In this document: positions 1 to 13,545 of the stretch, piece after piece
How positions within the stretch are numbered: position 1 is the stretch's first letter
How the letters are laid out: every line of letters starts with the position of its first letter
Assembly: GCF_001194135.2 (NCBI RefSeq)
Contig: NC_068991.1
Span: 79,827,391 to 79,864,685, forward strand
DNA from: Octopus bimaculoides
Lineage: Eukaryota
DNA: 37,295 bases
Direction of reading: 5' to 3'
Notes under the pieces: generated by a model
The model's input: the letters and a program-made list of their open reading frames with translations, nothing else
Databases searched by the model: none
What the model was told of the DNA's origin: nothing
Translations under genes and position numbers: made by a program

Positions 1-570
1 GGAGGAAGTCGAGGAGGTGGAAACCTCCTCGAAAAAAGGAAAAAAAAGGAAGAAGGTGGGCAACAACGGTTGGCCACCGAAAATCGTGGGGGAGGAGGAG
101 GACCTTCCAGCAAAGGCGGAAGTACGCCCTACTCCAGTGGCCCTAAAGAAAAAGAAAAAAAGAACGAGGCACGGCCGGTGCTCGATAGTGCACCGTCGGC
201 GTGTCCCGACACTCCGTTGGTGGGAATTGTGCCACCAACGGAGGAAAGCAGGTCGGCGGGAATTGTGCCGCCGACAGTAGAAGCTGTGAGCTCACCCTGT
301 GAGGAAAAGAATCGGCTAATCCTATTCCGAAAGGGAGGGCCCCTGCAGAAATTTGTGAATAAAAGAAAGCGTCAGAGAGAGAGAGTCCTCAACTGTACTA
401 AGGATCCGGACTGGCCTCCGCAGGTGTCTGCGGCGGTCGTGTCGAGTAGGCACTTAAGTGCGTTGGTGAATTCCTTCCCCTTCGGCGAATTCAGTATTGA
501 AAAGTGGCCCGACTCAGACCCATCGTTTTGCTTGAGAGAAGCGAAGGCTATATCGGGCGAAAAAACCTAA
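1..570 (+). CDS. 5'-partial low-complexity (G/K/E/P-rich) ORF, possibly a retroelement ORF1 C-terminus
   Basis: Frame 1 is open from base 1 to TAA at 568-570, and frame 2 is also open 2-280. A 36-nt-spaced internal duplication GGGAATTGTGCC (222 and 258) encodes GIVPPT twice. No recognisable domain. Confidence 0.3.
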   Translation, partial: GGSRGGGNLLEKRKKKEEGGQQRLATENRGGGGGPSSKGGSTPYSSGPKEKEKKNEARPVLDSAPSACPDTPLVGIVPPTEESRSAGIVPPTVEAVSSPCEEKNRLILFRKGGPLQKFVNKRKRQRERVLNCTKDPDWPPQVSAAVVSSRHLSALVNSFPFGEFSIEKWPDSDPSFCLREAKAISGEKT

Positions 571-843
571 GAGGACGAGTGCCTCATATTGTGTAATGAA
601 AAATCGTAAGAGGCAAATGCCTTAATTTATGACTTTTTATGTACGAGGTTCATAGCCTCAATGTGAAAATTTAATTTTATAAAGAACAGTGTTATAGAGA
701 AGCAAAGTTCGGCGGGCGGCTTTTGCCTTCTCTCATTATACCATCATATTTATCACCCATTTCATCTCATTAATGTTTTTGTCCAGTCCGTAGCTACTCT
801 CTGTGTACTGCCTGTATGGCAAATTGAAATGAAATAAAGTAGC
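1..843 (+). mobile_element. Probable 3' part of a non-LTR retroelement (L1/Tx1-like), truncated by the window edge and the gap
   Basis: GC/CpG-rich block, unlike the AT-rich surroundings. It has an open frame to 570, then a pyrimidine-rich UTR-like tract, AATAAA at 833-838 and then an N-gap. The family assignment is inference; no RT or endonuclease motif is seen. Confidence 0.45.
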
Positions 844-1002
844 NNNNNNNNNNNNNNNNNNNNNNNNNNNNNNNNNNNNNNNNNNNNNNNNNNNNNNNNN
901 NNNNNNNNNNNNNNNNNNNNNNNNNNNNNNNNNNNNNNNNNNNNNNNNNNNNNNNNNNNNNNNNNNNNNNNNNNNNNNNNNNNNNNNNNNNNNNNNNNNN
1001 NN

Positions 1003-1335
1003 GTGGCATCTTGGTCAAGTGTCGTCTACTATAGCCTCGGGCCGACCAAAGCCTTGTGAGTGGATTTGGTAGACGGAAACTGAAAGAAGCCCGTCGTATA
1101 TATGTATATATATGTGTGTTTGTGTGTCTGTGTTTGTCCCTCCAACATCGCTTGACAACCGATGCTGGTGTGTTTACGTCCCCGTAACTTAGCGGTTCGG
1201 CAAACGAGACCGATAGAATAAGTACTAGGCTTCCAAAGAATAAGTCCTGGGGTTGATTTGCTCGACTAAAGGCGGTGCTCCAGCATGGCCGCAGTCAAAG
1301 GACTGAAACAAATAAAAGAATTAAAAAAAAAAGAA
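1003..1335 (+). mobile_element. SINE family A (tRNA-headed, CORE-like CTTGG-CAAGT motif, central microsatellite); head lost in the gap
   Basis: Body GCCTTGTGAGTGGATTTGGTAGACGGAAACTGAAAGAAGCCCGTCG, a (TA/TG)n core, the 3' part GGCGGTGCTCCAGCATGGCCGCAGTC and an A-rich tail. Homologous to 12125-12500 and other copies. Confidence 0.85.
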
Positions 1336-1898
1336 TCAGTGATTTCTGTATTTGAGGTATATATATAGATAGTATACACTCGATTTAGAAATACTTAACT
1401 GCTAAATCTTTTTGGTCGAAAGACCGTGTGCTCATTCTCACGTTAGCAAATAAAATTAAGCATGTACAGGACGAGTGTAGACGATTCAATCAGTTTCTTA
1501 CTTTCCTAGTTTCGTTAGAAATATGTCGAGTGTGTTTCACGACGAATTTGAAAATGGCGATGACAAAAACGAACAAAACGACCTTAAATAATTTTGCGTA
1601 TATTCTCTTCAACGTAGTTCCATCACTACTACTCGCGGTGCTGTGTATCAATATATATCTTCAGAATATACAATATAATACAATTTTAATTCCATCTCAG
1701 TGTTATAAATATATATAGGAAATGTTTGACAGGAAGTGTCGGTCTTTGGCTGTATATTGGGTACAGTGTAATAGTTTAAAGACTGATGAGAAAATTACTT
1801 AATTGAAGAAAAGAAAAACCATTATGACGATGACGTGAAAGCGTGTGGACAAAAACGTCAGTGAGAATGATAGTGAAGTATAATGAAGGAAATTACAT

Positions 1899-1932
<34 letters not shown>

Positions 1933-2038
1933 CGCGAGTGTGTGTGTATGCGTGTGTCTGTGTCTGTCTGTAATCTGTGTGTATGAATATATGTACGTAC
2001 ATATGGCTGTATAGATGTATCTATGTACGCATGCATGC

Positions 2039-2078
<40 letters not shown>

Positions 2079-2088
2079 NNNNNNNNNN

Positions 2089-2129
<41 letters not shown>

Positions 2130-2840
2130 ATACGCATGCGTACTTAAATTTCTCTATGTACACATGTGTACCTAAATATATAGATTGGCATATATATGTA
2201 TATGTGTATGTATGTATCAATCTATAGACATATATACATACATATATGTATATAAATATATGCACACACACACACTCACGTACATGTGCGCACACACGCA
2301 GGTACGAGCACACACCCTACACCCATTTGTATATTTGTAGTTATATATTTACATTTAGAAATGTAAAAAATATCAGGTTATCCATTAGTGCTTATATGTT
2401 AACGGAAACGTAGCGAAAAAGCAATAATAAAAGCTGCTTTTACTTTTAAAAACATTGTCTTCTCCACCAACATATTTTCCGCAAACTGCCCAAAAGGATT
2501 GATATTAACCAGTACCATTAGTACTAGTAGTAGTAGTTGGTGTTGTTGCGCGGAAAATATTGATGTTGTTGATGATGGTGACGACGAAGACGAGGATGAC
2601 GATTAAATTGACGACGATATCATGACGATAATGGTTATGATTTTGTATATATTCTTTCCTAAATCGATTACATATGTAATTATCCAACATAACAAGGCAG
2701 GCTCTACGCGATCGCTTGAGATTATGTAAATAACGGGTAAATCTCCTTCGTATAGCACTCTAAAGTAATTTTAATAAAAAGAAGGAAAGTATTGCATAAC
2801 ATAAGAAGTGTTAGTCGATGCCATCCACCGTAAATGTTGA

Positions 2841-2872
2841 CTGGTACTTTATTTTATCGACCACAAAAGGAT
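2841..2872 (-). mobile_element. SINE family B internal fragment
   Basis: CTGGTACTTTATTTTATCGACC is the reverse complement of GGTCGATAAAATAA-GTACCAG seen near 35790-35810. Confidence 0.45.
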
Positions 2873-5281
2873 TAAACACAAGAATAACCAAAATGGGGTT
2901 TGAAATCACAACTCAAAAATCCTGAACAACACGACATATTCCCACTTGCAATTGATTCTGCCACCTGATATAAAAAAAATAATAATGCTGTCAAATGTTG
3001 GCATGAACGATGGTGCTCAATCAGAATTGACACAGAGCGAACTCTTATATAGAGAGAAAGTACTATCACTTTCAACTTCATCAATAGCAATATTCTTGGC
3101 TTTAGGAATATGTTTCTGAAACTAATGATCGAAAAATGTTAAAAATAATTTCTTTTATGTGAAAAGTGAAAGAAAACTGGATAATTTTTATGAAAATTCT
3201 CTTGGAAACACTCCTTCCTTATAAAAATGATTTTATCGATAAATTTCCGATATCACCATTTATTTCTTCAAGAATAGAGTAATTTGTCAAGCAATAGACC
3301 AGTTCAAAATAGAAGTTATTCAAATGGTTTAATGCCAAGCATTAACTTCTCTCTTATCTATATAAATAGTGTTTACATTGTATAGTAAATGGATTGTAAA
3401 AATGATTCTACCGGTTCATTGATCAGGCTACAATAATGTTTATATCTACTTAAATGTATCCCGGTGAATCACCTCCGCTAAATGAAACAGACATTAATTC
3501 TTTGGTGTATATTTGATTAGGTTAAACACATTGGTATATAAAACCTGATATATTCTTCTGAAAGTAACGGAGTGAAACTATACTTTATAAAGCAACAAAT
3601 ATAAGTGTTAGTAAAGTATTCTTTCAATCGCTTGGTGTTGTTCACAATTAGAAAATAAAAGTTAGAGGCGTTTGCATGAGGAGTCTACTTTTCAATGTCT
3701 TTTCACTATTTCGAAATTATGAGAACCTAAATCCTTTAAAGTTGTCTGATTATTATTTCGTGAAAGAAATAACGCAAATAGGGCCTCCATTAGATATACA
3801 ACCCACCACAAATATAAATTAAATCTCTTTTCTTCAAACCAGAATTTATCATCTGAAAGAGAAGAGGACACGTAAGAGAATTTAGTCTTGGGTTATACAA
3901 AAAGATTCAAAGAAAGAAATTCCCTTATTGACATAATTCTCCAGTAAACAGAAAACCACGAATGTGGATAATAAAAACATGGATAAATGGATTTACCAAT
4001 ATTAATTTTGATATATTGTTTACAATTATTTCGTCAGTTCACTTTTTAACCAATTTTACTTAATAGTTAGTCGTCAACATGTCAGCAATTATTGATATAG
4101 CCTCATGCATTTCACAGCGCACATAGAAATCGATATTTCAGAAGATCGAAAAAAGCAACATACTGACCAAATTGGCAATCTTACCAATTTGTATTCTGTG
4201 CGGCTTTATAAAATTGGCGGTTCCTACAAATCGCATTCATTCAAGAGAAAGACAGGATGAGAAGTAATAAAGGGGATACAAGAGAAGCACAACGAAATTG
4301 TGAAGATAATTAGCTGGGCTGTGAATGATCACTTACACAGTACATGGGATTAAATTAGTTACAGACCTGCTAACGAACATGCCAAAAAGTGGTTAAAACG
4401 TGAATCGATTAAACAATTGTAAACAATATATAAAAGGTAATATTCGGTAAAGTTTGAAATTTCTTTTGATGGAGTATCTACGTTTTTAATGGAAAGAACG
4501 AATTATTCTCAAAAGCTGTATATAAATCATTAAAAAACATTCGACTAATTATGAAACCAGGTACTTAAACAGTTACTTCACACAACCACATGGCTAAAAC
4601 AATCCAAAATTCGAGTGTACGTTTGTCCGCGCATAGCCATTGCATTGCGTATTACATGATATCTTAATACATGAACGTAGCAGCGAACTGATACCAATAA
4701 TTTCCTTTTCTAATCACGTGACAATCTCCAACAAATCAATGTGAATGCGAAAGATAGCCTTCTGTGTCATTTTCTTTCTGTGTAAACGAACGCATGTTTG
4801 AACAACAGACGGCTAGAACCGTGAATTGGCGACATTAGTGTAAGTACCTCAAATCTTACACTTTTGAAAATGTTACGTTACAAATGTGAAACCACTTTGG
4901 ACAATTAGATATGGATACATAGATATGTCTTCTTATACACTCTCAATGCATTTCCAACTTGTTTTATTGTAACATTCAGCTATAATATTAAGCTATATTT
5001 TTGATATATCTCTATACGGAGGGCAATGTTAGTTGCTCTGAAGCTATGAGACGGAATATTTACTCATATTAGAGTGAAACATATTTGTATCTTTCTGCAT
5101 TGATAAACCCTATTCTGACGTTATGCATAAATTAATGTACTTTGTTTTTTTTTTACCTGTTATTTATGTAGGCAAGTGCGTGTATGTCAAGGTATTTTCG
5201 AGTCCATCTCTTTATATATCTATTTAACTGGTTTCCTATCTGTTACTCTGTCTGTCACTGAGTTTTTCTTTCTCTCTCTCT

Positions 5282-5323
<42 letters not shown>

Positions 5324-5387
5324 GTATATATGAACTCATAGTTACATGGTCTTTGCAAAGGATCCATACGCAGGTATATGTATATAG

Positions 5388-5425
<38 letters not shown>

Positions 5426-5692
5426 TTACATATATACATGTACATTTTTATATTTTTACGTGTATATATGAAATATTATATAAACATTCATATACACTTG
5501 CACTCAAATATCGAGACATACACACACGTACACCCACACACCAACACCCCCCCACACGTATATATATATAAGTATATTCATATGTATGTATATATGCATG
5601 CATTATGTATATTTAGAAGCGTGTGTATATATCTGAGTAGGAGCTACTGTATTTTTGTGTATATACACACACACACACACACACATGCACAT

Positions 5693-5856
5693 ACGACGGA
5701 CATGTTTCAGTTCCCGTCTACCAAATCCAATCACAAGGCGTTGGTCGTCCTGATGCTATCGTAGAAGACACTTGCCCATGGTACCATGCAGTGAGACTGA
5801 ACCCTGGACCATGTTGTTGGAAAGCATGCTTCTTACCACACAACCACTCTTGCGTT
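5693..5856 (-). mobile_element. SINE family A, 5' half
   Basis: The reverse complement gives the head GCAAGAGTGGTTGTGTGGTAAGAAGC...GGGTTCAGTCTC, then CATGGGCAAGTGTCTTCTA and GGATTTGGTAGACGGGAACTGAAA. Confidence 0.8.
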
Positions 5857-6199
5857 CTCTTCCCTCTCTCTCTCTCTTTCTCTGTCGCACGCTCTCTTTC
5901 TCTTTCTCTGTCACTATCTCTCTCTCTATATGTATGTATCTATCAATCTATCTATCTATCTTTCTTTCTCCACACCAATGTACACTGATTGACCCTTAGC
6001 GATATAAACACCCCACTCTCCTTATATATATATGTGTTCAGATATATATATCGGAACACATTTCTGAACGTATTACGCTCGAAAGAAATTCCTGTCGGGT
6101 TTCAAGATGGAAAAGAAATAAATGATTCTTGGGTCTTAATTATATTTCCCCTCATTAGGAATAACATAATCTCATCCATTTGGAAAATTATTGATCCCT

Positions 6200-6358
6200 C
6201 GAGAGTAATATGTGTGTGTGTGTGTGATTGATTGTGTGAGCATATATATATATATACATACATATATATATATATATATATTATATTTATATATACATAT
6301 ATATATACATATATATTTATATATATATATTTATTTATATATATGTATATATATATAA

Positions 6359-6390
<32 letters not shown>

Positions 6391-7081
6391 NNNNNNNNNN
6401 NNNNNNNNNNNNNNNNNNNNNNNNNNNNNNNNNNNNNNNNNNNNNNNNNNNNNNNNNNNNNNNNNNNNNNNNNNNNNNNNNNNNNNNNNNNNNNNNNNNN
6501 NNNNNNNNNNNNNNNNNNNNNNNNNNNNNNNNNNNNNNNNNNNNNNNNNNNNNNNNNNNNNNNNNNNNNNNNNNNNNNNNNNNNNNNNNNNNNNNNNNNN
6601 NNNNNNNNNNNNNNNNNNNNNNNNNNNNNNNNNNNNNNNNNNNNNNNNNNNNNNNNNNNNNNNNNNNNNNNNNNNNNNNNNNNNNNNNNNNNNNNNNNNN
6701 NNNNNNNNNNNNCACATATATTCAGACACAAGCTCAAACACTCGTTTATACACCCATATATATATATATCTACATACATATGTATACAAACATATATATA
6801 TATATACACATATATATGCTCATACACTCACATACACACACACACACATATATATATATAGGTATATGTATTTATATTTCTATATATACACTTACATATA
6901 CCATCGTATGCATATGCATATATACATATATGCATTTATATATATATGTAAATACGTATATATATTTACATATCCACATGCACATGTGTATTTCTTGTGT
7001 GTGTATGTATTTGTATATATGTGTGTGAATGTGTGTGTTTGTGTGTGTGTGTGTGTATACGTATGCGTGTATGTATATACG

Positions 7082-7125
<44 letters not shown>
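6200..7125. repeat. Compound (TA)n/(CA)n/(TG)n microsatellite field containing an assembly gap (6391-6712)
   Basis: Directly visible. It is the source of several spurious YI/HT/CV-repeat ORFs. Confidence 0.95.
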
Positions 7126-7889
7126 TGCGAAATTAGACTTAATCAAATAAGTTTACATGGATGAACAGCTTCAAATTTGAATTGTTTTGAATGCTGAATC
7201 TAAATGGAGACAATATGGTGAGACATTGATATTGCAGTGTGTTTGCTGTAATATGCCGATAATATGCATTTAGCGTGAAATGCGTTAACAGCACATCTGG
7301 AATAACTGTAGGGTAAACAGAAACGAACAGCAAATAAACAGTACACTAAATGAACACTATTGACAAATCAATCAAATTTGGGTGGTGGATGTATATAAAG
7401 GAATCACCATACTTTCATACTTTGTTTTGGCAACTGTAGATTGTATTATACTTTTTAATCAATAATATCGAAGAGATCTCTTCGTATAAAGTATTCGAAC
7501 TTAATCAAGCTAAAAGTTGCCCAGCTTTTATTGTTGATAGCACCATACTGGACAAAGCTTCGCTTCTCTTTTCTCACAAATTCTTATTTGGCAGACGTTC
7601 TAATATGGCTTCTGTTGGAGTTCATTATTGAATGTCAGTGTTATGCTGAAATCGTCTTTATATGCTTCGCTACACAAATGTATTGCTGGCAAGAATTCAT
7701 TATGATAGCTGAAGTATAATTTCATGTGACAGAAATACAGCTCTCTGATACATGTCGAAAGCAACTCTAACGTATCACAAAGTTCTCGAATTTCGCTTTC
7801 TCTTCTTCCAGTTTACTCAGCGATGCCTAATTAAGAAAGTCTCCGAGTTTTGTACTTGATAGTATTCTTGAAATCATCACACTGTCATT

Positions 7890-8108
7890 TCTTTCTTTAG
7901 CTGTCTTTCTTCTCTTATCACTCTTTTCTTGAGTATAAATCTCTCTCCTCTCTCTCTCTCTTCACATCTCTGGTTCTTTTTCTCCCTCTCTCTTTCTCTT
8001 TCTTCACTTCCCACTTTTCATGTTCTTTCAATCATTCAGTCATTACACAATATTCCCTCTTACACTATCTAATCTATCTATCTATCTCTCTATCTATATA
8101 TCTATCTT

Positions 8109-8147
<39 letters not shown>

Positions 8148-8225
8148 GTGTGAGTGTATGTGTCTAGGCGTGTGTGGATGTATATGTATAGATAGACAGG
8201 TAGAGAGAGAGAGAGAGAGAGAGAG
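7890..8225. repeat. Compound (CT)n, (TATC)n and (GA)n microsatellites
   Basis: Directly visible tandem units. Confidence 0.9.
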
Positions 8226-9429
8226 ACCAATTTGCCTATCTATGAATTGACCTGCTCTTGCATATATGTTTGAAGTTATATAATTAAATATTATAATATA
8301 AACATAGGCATATGTTCTTCATTCACCGCTGTTATTGCTCAGACAGCATTTTAAGCGAGTCCATGGAAGCGAAACGCAGAATTTTTAGGTCCAGAACGTT
8401 TGCATAAGATATTTCCTGTTAGAAGACTTAGTTCAATGGGTAAGAATATTTTCTTTATTCTTCTAGAGCTTCATTACTCTTTTCAGATTTAGTAGCAGAA
8501 AACTCGGAAGTTATCTCCAGTCCAGAGACTGTATTCAAATACTTGAAATAAATCAGTTACCTTTAATGGCTTCCATCCAAGTACCAGGTGATAGTTTTAC
8601 TTCACCAACAGTTGAAAGAATTGAGTTTTTCATGTTACTTTGTTCGAGAGACAAATGAAATGATTTTTTTTTTACTTATTTCGTATTATTTGGTTCTTAC
8701 TTAGTAAACGAGAAAATGCTTTTGATAACGCATTCATCAACAGCTCCATATATCTTAATCGATGACCAATGCGATAATTATCATTTGATCCTTCAGGCGT
8801 TTTTCTGTTTTGAATATTTAGATAAACTGGGAACCACTACGAGGTCTTTCGATCTCAAAAGTAAACCATATTATTTCTAAAATAGAAAGGCCGCGTAAGA
8901 TAATACAGTATTTATATATAAGCATGATAGGCATAAAAAGGTGAGATTATCATGGAAGGACATCGTTTAATCATATACCAGCTCGATCTGGGCTGTCTTG
9001 TGTCTAAACAACTGCAACTTGAAATATCGTGTTAAATAATAATCAGCATATTTGAGTATCATTCAGGTAATTTCTCTTGACATTGAAAATGCAGTACACC
9101 ATACATTTGACGGATGTTCCACTCGTTTGTAGTACATGTAATCCTCTATAATTAAAGAAGAAAAACTTGTGTGAAGGGCGGCTATTAGAAAGCAGATCTA
9201 ATTAGATGATTTACAAGTATTTAAATGATTTATTGGTCTTTCTTCCTATGTTCTATATTCTCTGCGAACGCATTAAGGCCCTTTTCGGGGCTACTTCGTT
9301 TGAATTCTAATTATCGGGTAATTAATTTCATGTTATTACATAACTGACTTCATGACTTGGGTATTCATAACTTATTGGGATTTCCTAAAAACAAGCACTA
9401 GGCAACAGTAAAAAAATTTTGTGATGCTA

Positions 9430-9797
9430 TTCAAACTTTTTCAGCCGATTTAGGTTAATTTTAGGGTGCTGAATCCGAATCTGACTTCCGTTTTCTGACA
9501 GCACGTGTAGTTGTTTTTTTTAGTTATTCACAGCATCAGATTTTCCAACCAATTGATAATATTCACAAAGTAAGCTATTTGCTTTGAATTTTCATTCATA
9601 TACTCATCACTGAAACAAAAAAAAAGTGCTGACAGAGGTGTTTCCAGGCTATGATCAAAGCGAAAGGTGGTCATTTAAAAATTTATTTAGTGAAATTGAT
9701 TAACAATTTACATTGGAATGGGTGTACCAAATTTCATTTTCCTTTCTAAAGTTGAATAATGAATATCAATGTTTAAATCTTTCTGGGTCACCCTGTA
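9430..9797 (+). mobile_element. Tc1/mariner-superfamily non-autonomous relic with right terminus
   Basis: From 9636 it translates RCFQAMIKAKGGHL, resembling the Tc1/mariner transposase C-terminus (R..A.I.A.GGH). It ends in GGGTCACCCTG|TA at 9785-9797 (TIR CAGGGTGACCC plus TA). No left TIR was found. Confidence 0.6.
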
Positions 9798-10599
9798 TGT
9801 ATTATCAGTAACTTACTACAAATCTAATTCTTACATTTTCTCATATCTTGCTCTCTATACACTCAGTTCCAACTACATCTCATATCGAATCTACACCTAA
9901 CGGCTGCTTCCAATTACATTTTGTTATATACTGGGAACGTTCCTTGATAAATAAATTAAACACATTAGTTATAGAGGTCCGTCCTTTCTTTCGAATCCCG
10001 AATCTAATCTCCATCTAATGATTGTTTTAGCACATACTCAATCCTCTACACAGAGAACACAATTTTAATTCAGCTCCCATCTAGCTATCTTAAAGACCTT
10101 TACATTCTTTTTCAGAAGCCTTTATCTCCTACTTATAGAAACCAGCACATACAATTAGAAGCTACTTTCCCTTACTTTCCACTACATACTCGCTTATAAC
10201 AGTAAATCAATTTGTTCATTACCAGCACAAAGTTTGATAACTTTACCAGCACTCATATCACTTCTGGGTATTGTTATCCAAAACATACAACAGATACTTA
10301 TCAGCCGATATCATTTGTCATAATACATGAAACATAATATCAGTGTTCTTTCCACAAGATTAAAACAATGTATGACACTCGACGTGTCCACTGCTACAAT
10401 GACTATTTTCTTTTTACTTTATATCAACTTCACGAGAGCAGAGAAGTAAGTTGATATAAAGTAAAATATCTCAGGTAAACGGGATTGTCATGTCAAACAC
10501 ATTTTGTTCACTAGAGGTAAAGTGTTATATCAGATATACAGGTACACATACATATATACTTATATACATGCATACATGCATACATACATACATACATAC

Positions 10600-10920
10600 A
10601 TTCACACACAAACACACACACACGCACACATTCACACACACACAAACACAGACAGACAGACATTCACACATACACACAAACATACAGACAGACAGACATT
10701 CACTCACACAAACACGCAGAAACACACTCACAAACAGACATTTACACACACAACCACAGACATTCACACACACAAACACACACAGACATTCACACACACA
10801 AACACACACAGACATTCACACACACAAACACACACAGACATTCACACACACAAACACACACAGACATTCACTCACACAAACACANNNNNNNNNNCACAAA
10901 CACACAGACAGACATTCACA
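10600..10920. repeat. 26-bp minisatellite (CAGACATTCACACACACAAACACACA)n derived from (CA)n
   Basis: GACATTC recurs at 10759, 10785, 10811, 10837 and 10863 (period 26), with degenerate units upstream. Gap at 10885-10894. Confidence 0.9.
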
Positions 10921-11189
10921 CGCACCCACACCAATAGTCTCGTTTGAACTAATACATCTCGAGACACACAAAAAAAAAATAGCATTATTATTAACAGCAG
11001 GTAAATACTGTGTTGAAAAACCCTTTTTGGATCGATATTTCTACTAGAAGAGGTTTTCAACCCAATATCAGATTCCATTATTAGTAGCTTTATGCGTATT
11101 CCTCGACAGAAACTATTTCTCAGGAAATTTGTCCACGTTTTTTCGAAAGTTTCTTACGACCTCAACTATATGGGCGCACGTACGTACGT

Positions 11190-11220
<31 letters not shown>

Positions 11221-12124
11221 AGTGTGAGAGAGAGAGAGAGAGAGAGAGTATATGTGTATTTCATCATGACACTCTGAAAGCGTACCACATTATATAAATA
11301 CAACCTATGACAAATTTCGTTGGATTTATGTTGGAGAAACATTGGCTTTCATATTTAGAAGCAGAAGAACTTTAGCTTTGAAAAGCTGATTTACGAACGG
11401 TCAAGTGTAAGCAGAACTTGCGAAGAGCTCAGATATTTATTGTGATATTTTTAACACATGCACAAACCATCATGGCCATATTTATAAAAAGCACTTCTAA
11501 CTGAAACACGTAACTTTACTGACTGAATGTTATATCTATTGGATATTCGAAAAAGCTGTTTTTCACTCAGCCTCGTACGTAATAATTACTTAAACAAAAT
11601 TTAATCCTCCTCCAATATTGTAAAACACATATCAAATCAAATTTTTCCACTGCAGCCATTCGGAGAAACAGCTACAGCGCACATTCCACCAAAAGTTCAA
11701 ATACTCTACCAAGTCGACCTCACAACTCTAAGTTTTAAAAATTATTAAGATCAATATTTGAGTTTACTTAACAAAATGTAAAATTCTATTGTTCTGTCCT
11801 GATTGCCCCCAGTGACAAATTAATTCTAGATCTGCGTGTTTAATATATTTGATTTATTTTTCTACTCAACATCAAATGTGTTGATAACAATCTCTTGGAG
11901 CCGTCCTAGAACCCTCCCATGCTCTACACACTAGTGAATTTACAGAGGTGGGAACATTATCTTAATGTAATTTATGCTTCATTGGTATTTTAGGTTAGCA
12001 TTATGCTTTGGACTAAAAACAACCGTAGTTTCTATTAAAGCTTTTACCAAGAATGGTGAAAGTTTTCCGCAGCACTCTAAACTAAAAAATTATATTTACA
12101 TCCATATTCTTGTATTATCATTAA

Positions 12125-12500
12125 TCTTTTACTTGTTTCATTCATTAGACTGCGGCCATGCTGAGGCACCATCCTGAAGAAATTTAGTCAAATGAATCAA
12201 CCCCGAGACTTAATTTTTGGGGTAATTCTAGTACTTATTCAATCGCCACTTGATTACCGAACCGCTAAGTTACGGGGACATAAAAACACCAACACCGGTT
12301 GTTCAAGCGGTGGAGGGGACACACACACACACACATACGACGGTCTTCTTCAAGTTTCCGTCCACCAAATTCAAACATAAGGTTTTAGTCGGTCCGGATT
12401 TATTGTACAAGACACTTATGTAGGTACCACGTAGTGAGGCTCAACCTGGAGCCATGTGCTTAGGAAGCGAGCTTCTAAGCACGCAGCCACACTTGCGCCT
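12125..12500 (-). mobile_element. SINE family A, near full length
   Basis: The reverse complement has the head AGGCGCAAGTGTGGCTGCGTGCTTAGAAGC, the body, a central (TG)n and the 3' end CAGCATGGCCGCAGTC...AAACAAGTAAAAG. Colinear with 1003-1335. Confidence 0.85.
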
Positions 12501-12707
12501 CTACCAACTTCTCAATAATCTATAGAACAATATTTATATTAAGTTATATATGTCTGCAATGACCGACGCTAATCAACGTGAAACACTACTGCGATCATAG
12601 ATAGAATATGGCCAGAGGCATTGAAAAGAGAATGGTTTAAAAATAGATTTTCATTGTCTCTGATAAGAAAATGGCAGTTGATGTTAGCTGACGTCTTCGC
12701 AATACTT

Positions 12708-12766
12708 GATTTTACTTCTTTCAGTAACTGGAATGCGGCCATGCTGGAGGACCGTCTTCAAGGGCT
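12708..12766 (-). mobile_element. SINE family A 3' end, cut by the gap at 12767-12776
   Basis: TGCGGCCATGCTGGAGGACCGTC matches the family A terminus. Confidence 0.7.
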
Positions 12767-12776
12767 NNNNNNNNNN

Positions 12777-12838
<62 letters not shown>

Positions 12839-13045
12839 CACACGTACACATAGATATACATGCACACATATTTGAATACATACATACATGCCAGGGACGT
12901 GCAGCCTAGGTAGGCAGTGCGTACCTTGGATAAAATAGATTAATAGCAGCATTTCCATCTCATGGCAAAATATGTACCTAATTCAATCTCAATATTTTTG
13001 AAGGTTACCCTGATTACTATGCATAAAATACAAATTGTCTTGTTT

Positions 13046-13091
<46 letters not shown>

Positions 13092-13467
13092 GTAGATTAG
13101 ATAGACATAATTGACGCCTGCCTTTCAATCTCCGTATTTATTCTAAACAGAGTACACGTGCTAAGCACATTTCTACAAAAACATTTTCTTTACGTGCTAT
13201 GAAGGCAGAAATAGATCTGCCTTCAACTCAGTCATGCGCCTGAGTTTCGCTTATTTTTTCTGTGTTTTACTACATAAAGGTCACCAACTGCCGACCCTGG
13301 GTAATTACTGACGGCACATGTCTGATGCATAGATATATATCATATATGGAGATCGACCTGTTTAACTCGCTGACCCTTACATTTACTCCTTTACCCCCTC
13401 AAGCTTTAGCCTTTTGTGCACTACTAAGTCTACCCTATACTGAGAGTTGATTCTCTCTATGAACTAG

Positions 13468-13517
<50 letters not shown>

Positions 13518-13545
13518 CAAAGAGAGAGAGAGAGAACAAATAGTG

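Noticed and set aside
1799-7150. Many ORFs rich in YI/HT/CV dipeptides, some spanning X runs
   Set aside because: These are translations of (TA)n/(CA)n microsatellites and N-gaps. The same applies to similar ORFs at 10.5, 12.7, 30, 32.5, 33.3 and 36.6 kb.
7740-8640. Protein-like fragments on the minus strand (for example LSTVGEVKLSPGTW, LSKLEEEKAKFENFV) and a 47-nt GTAAGA...TTTCAG mini-intron on the plus strand (8440-8486)
   Set aside because: The frames are short and broken by stops, and no diagnostic RT, RNase H or host motif is recognisable.
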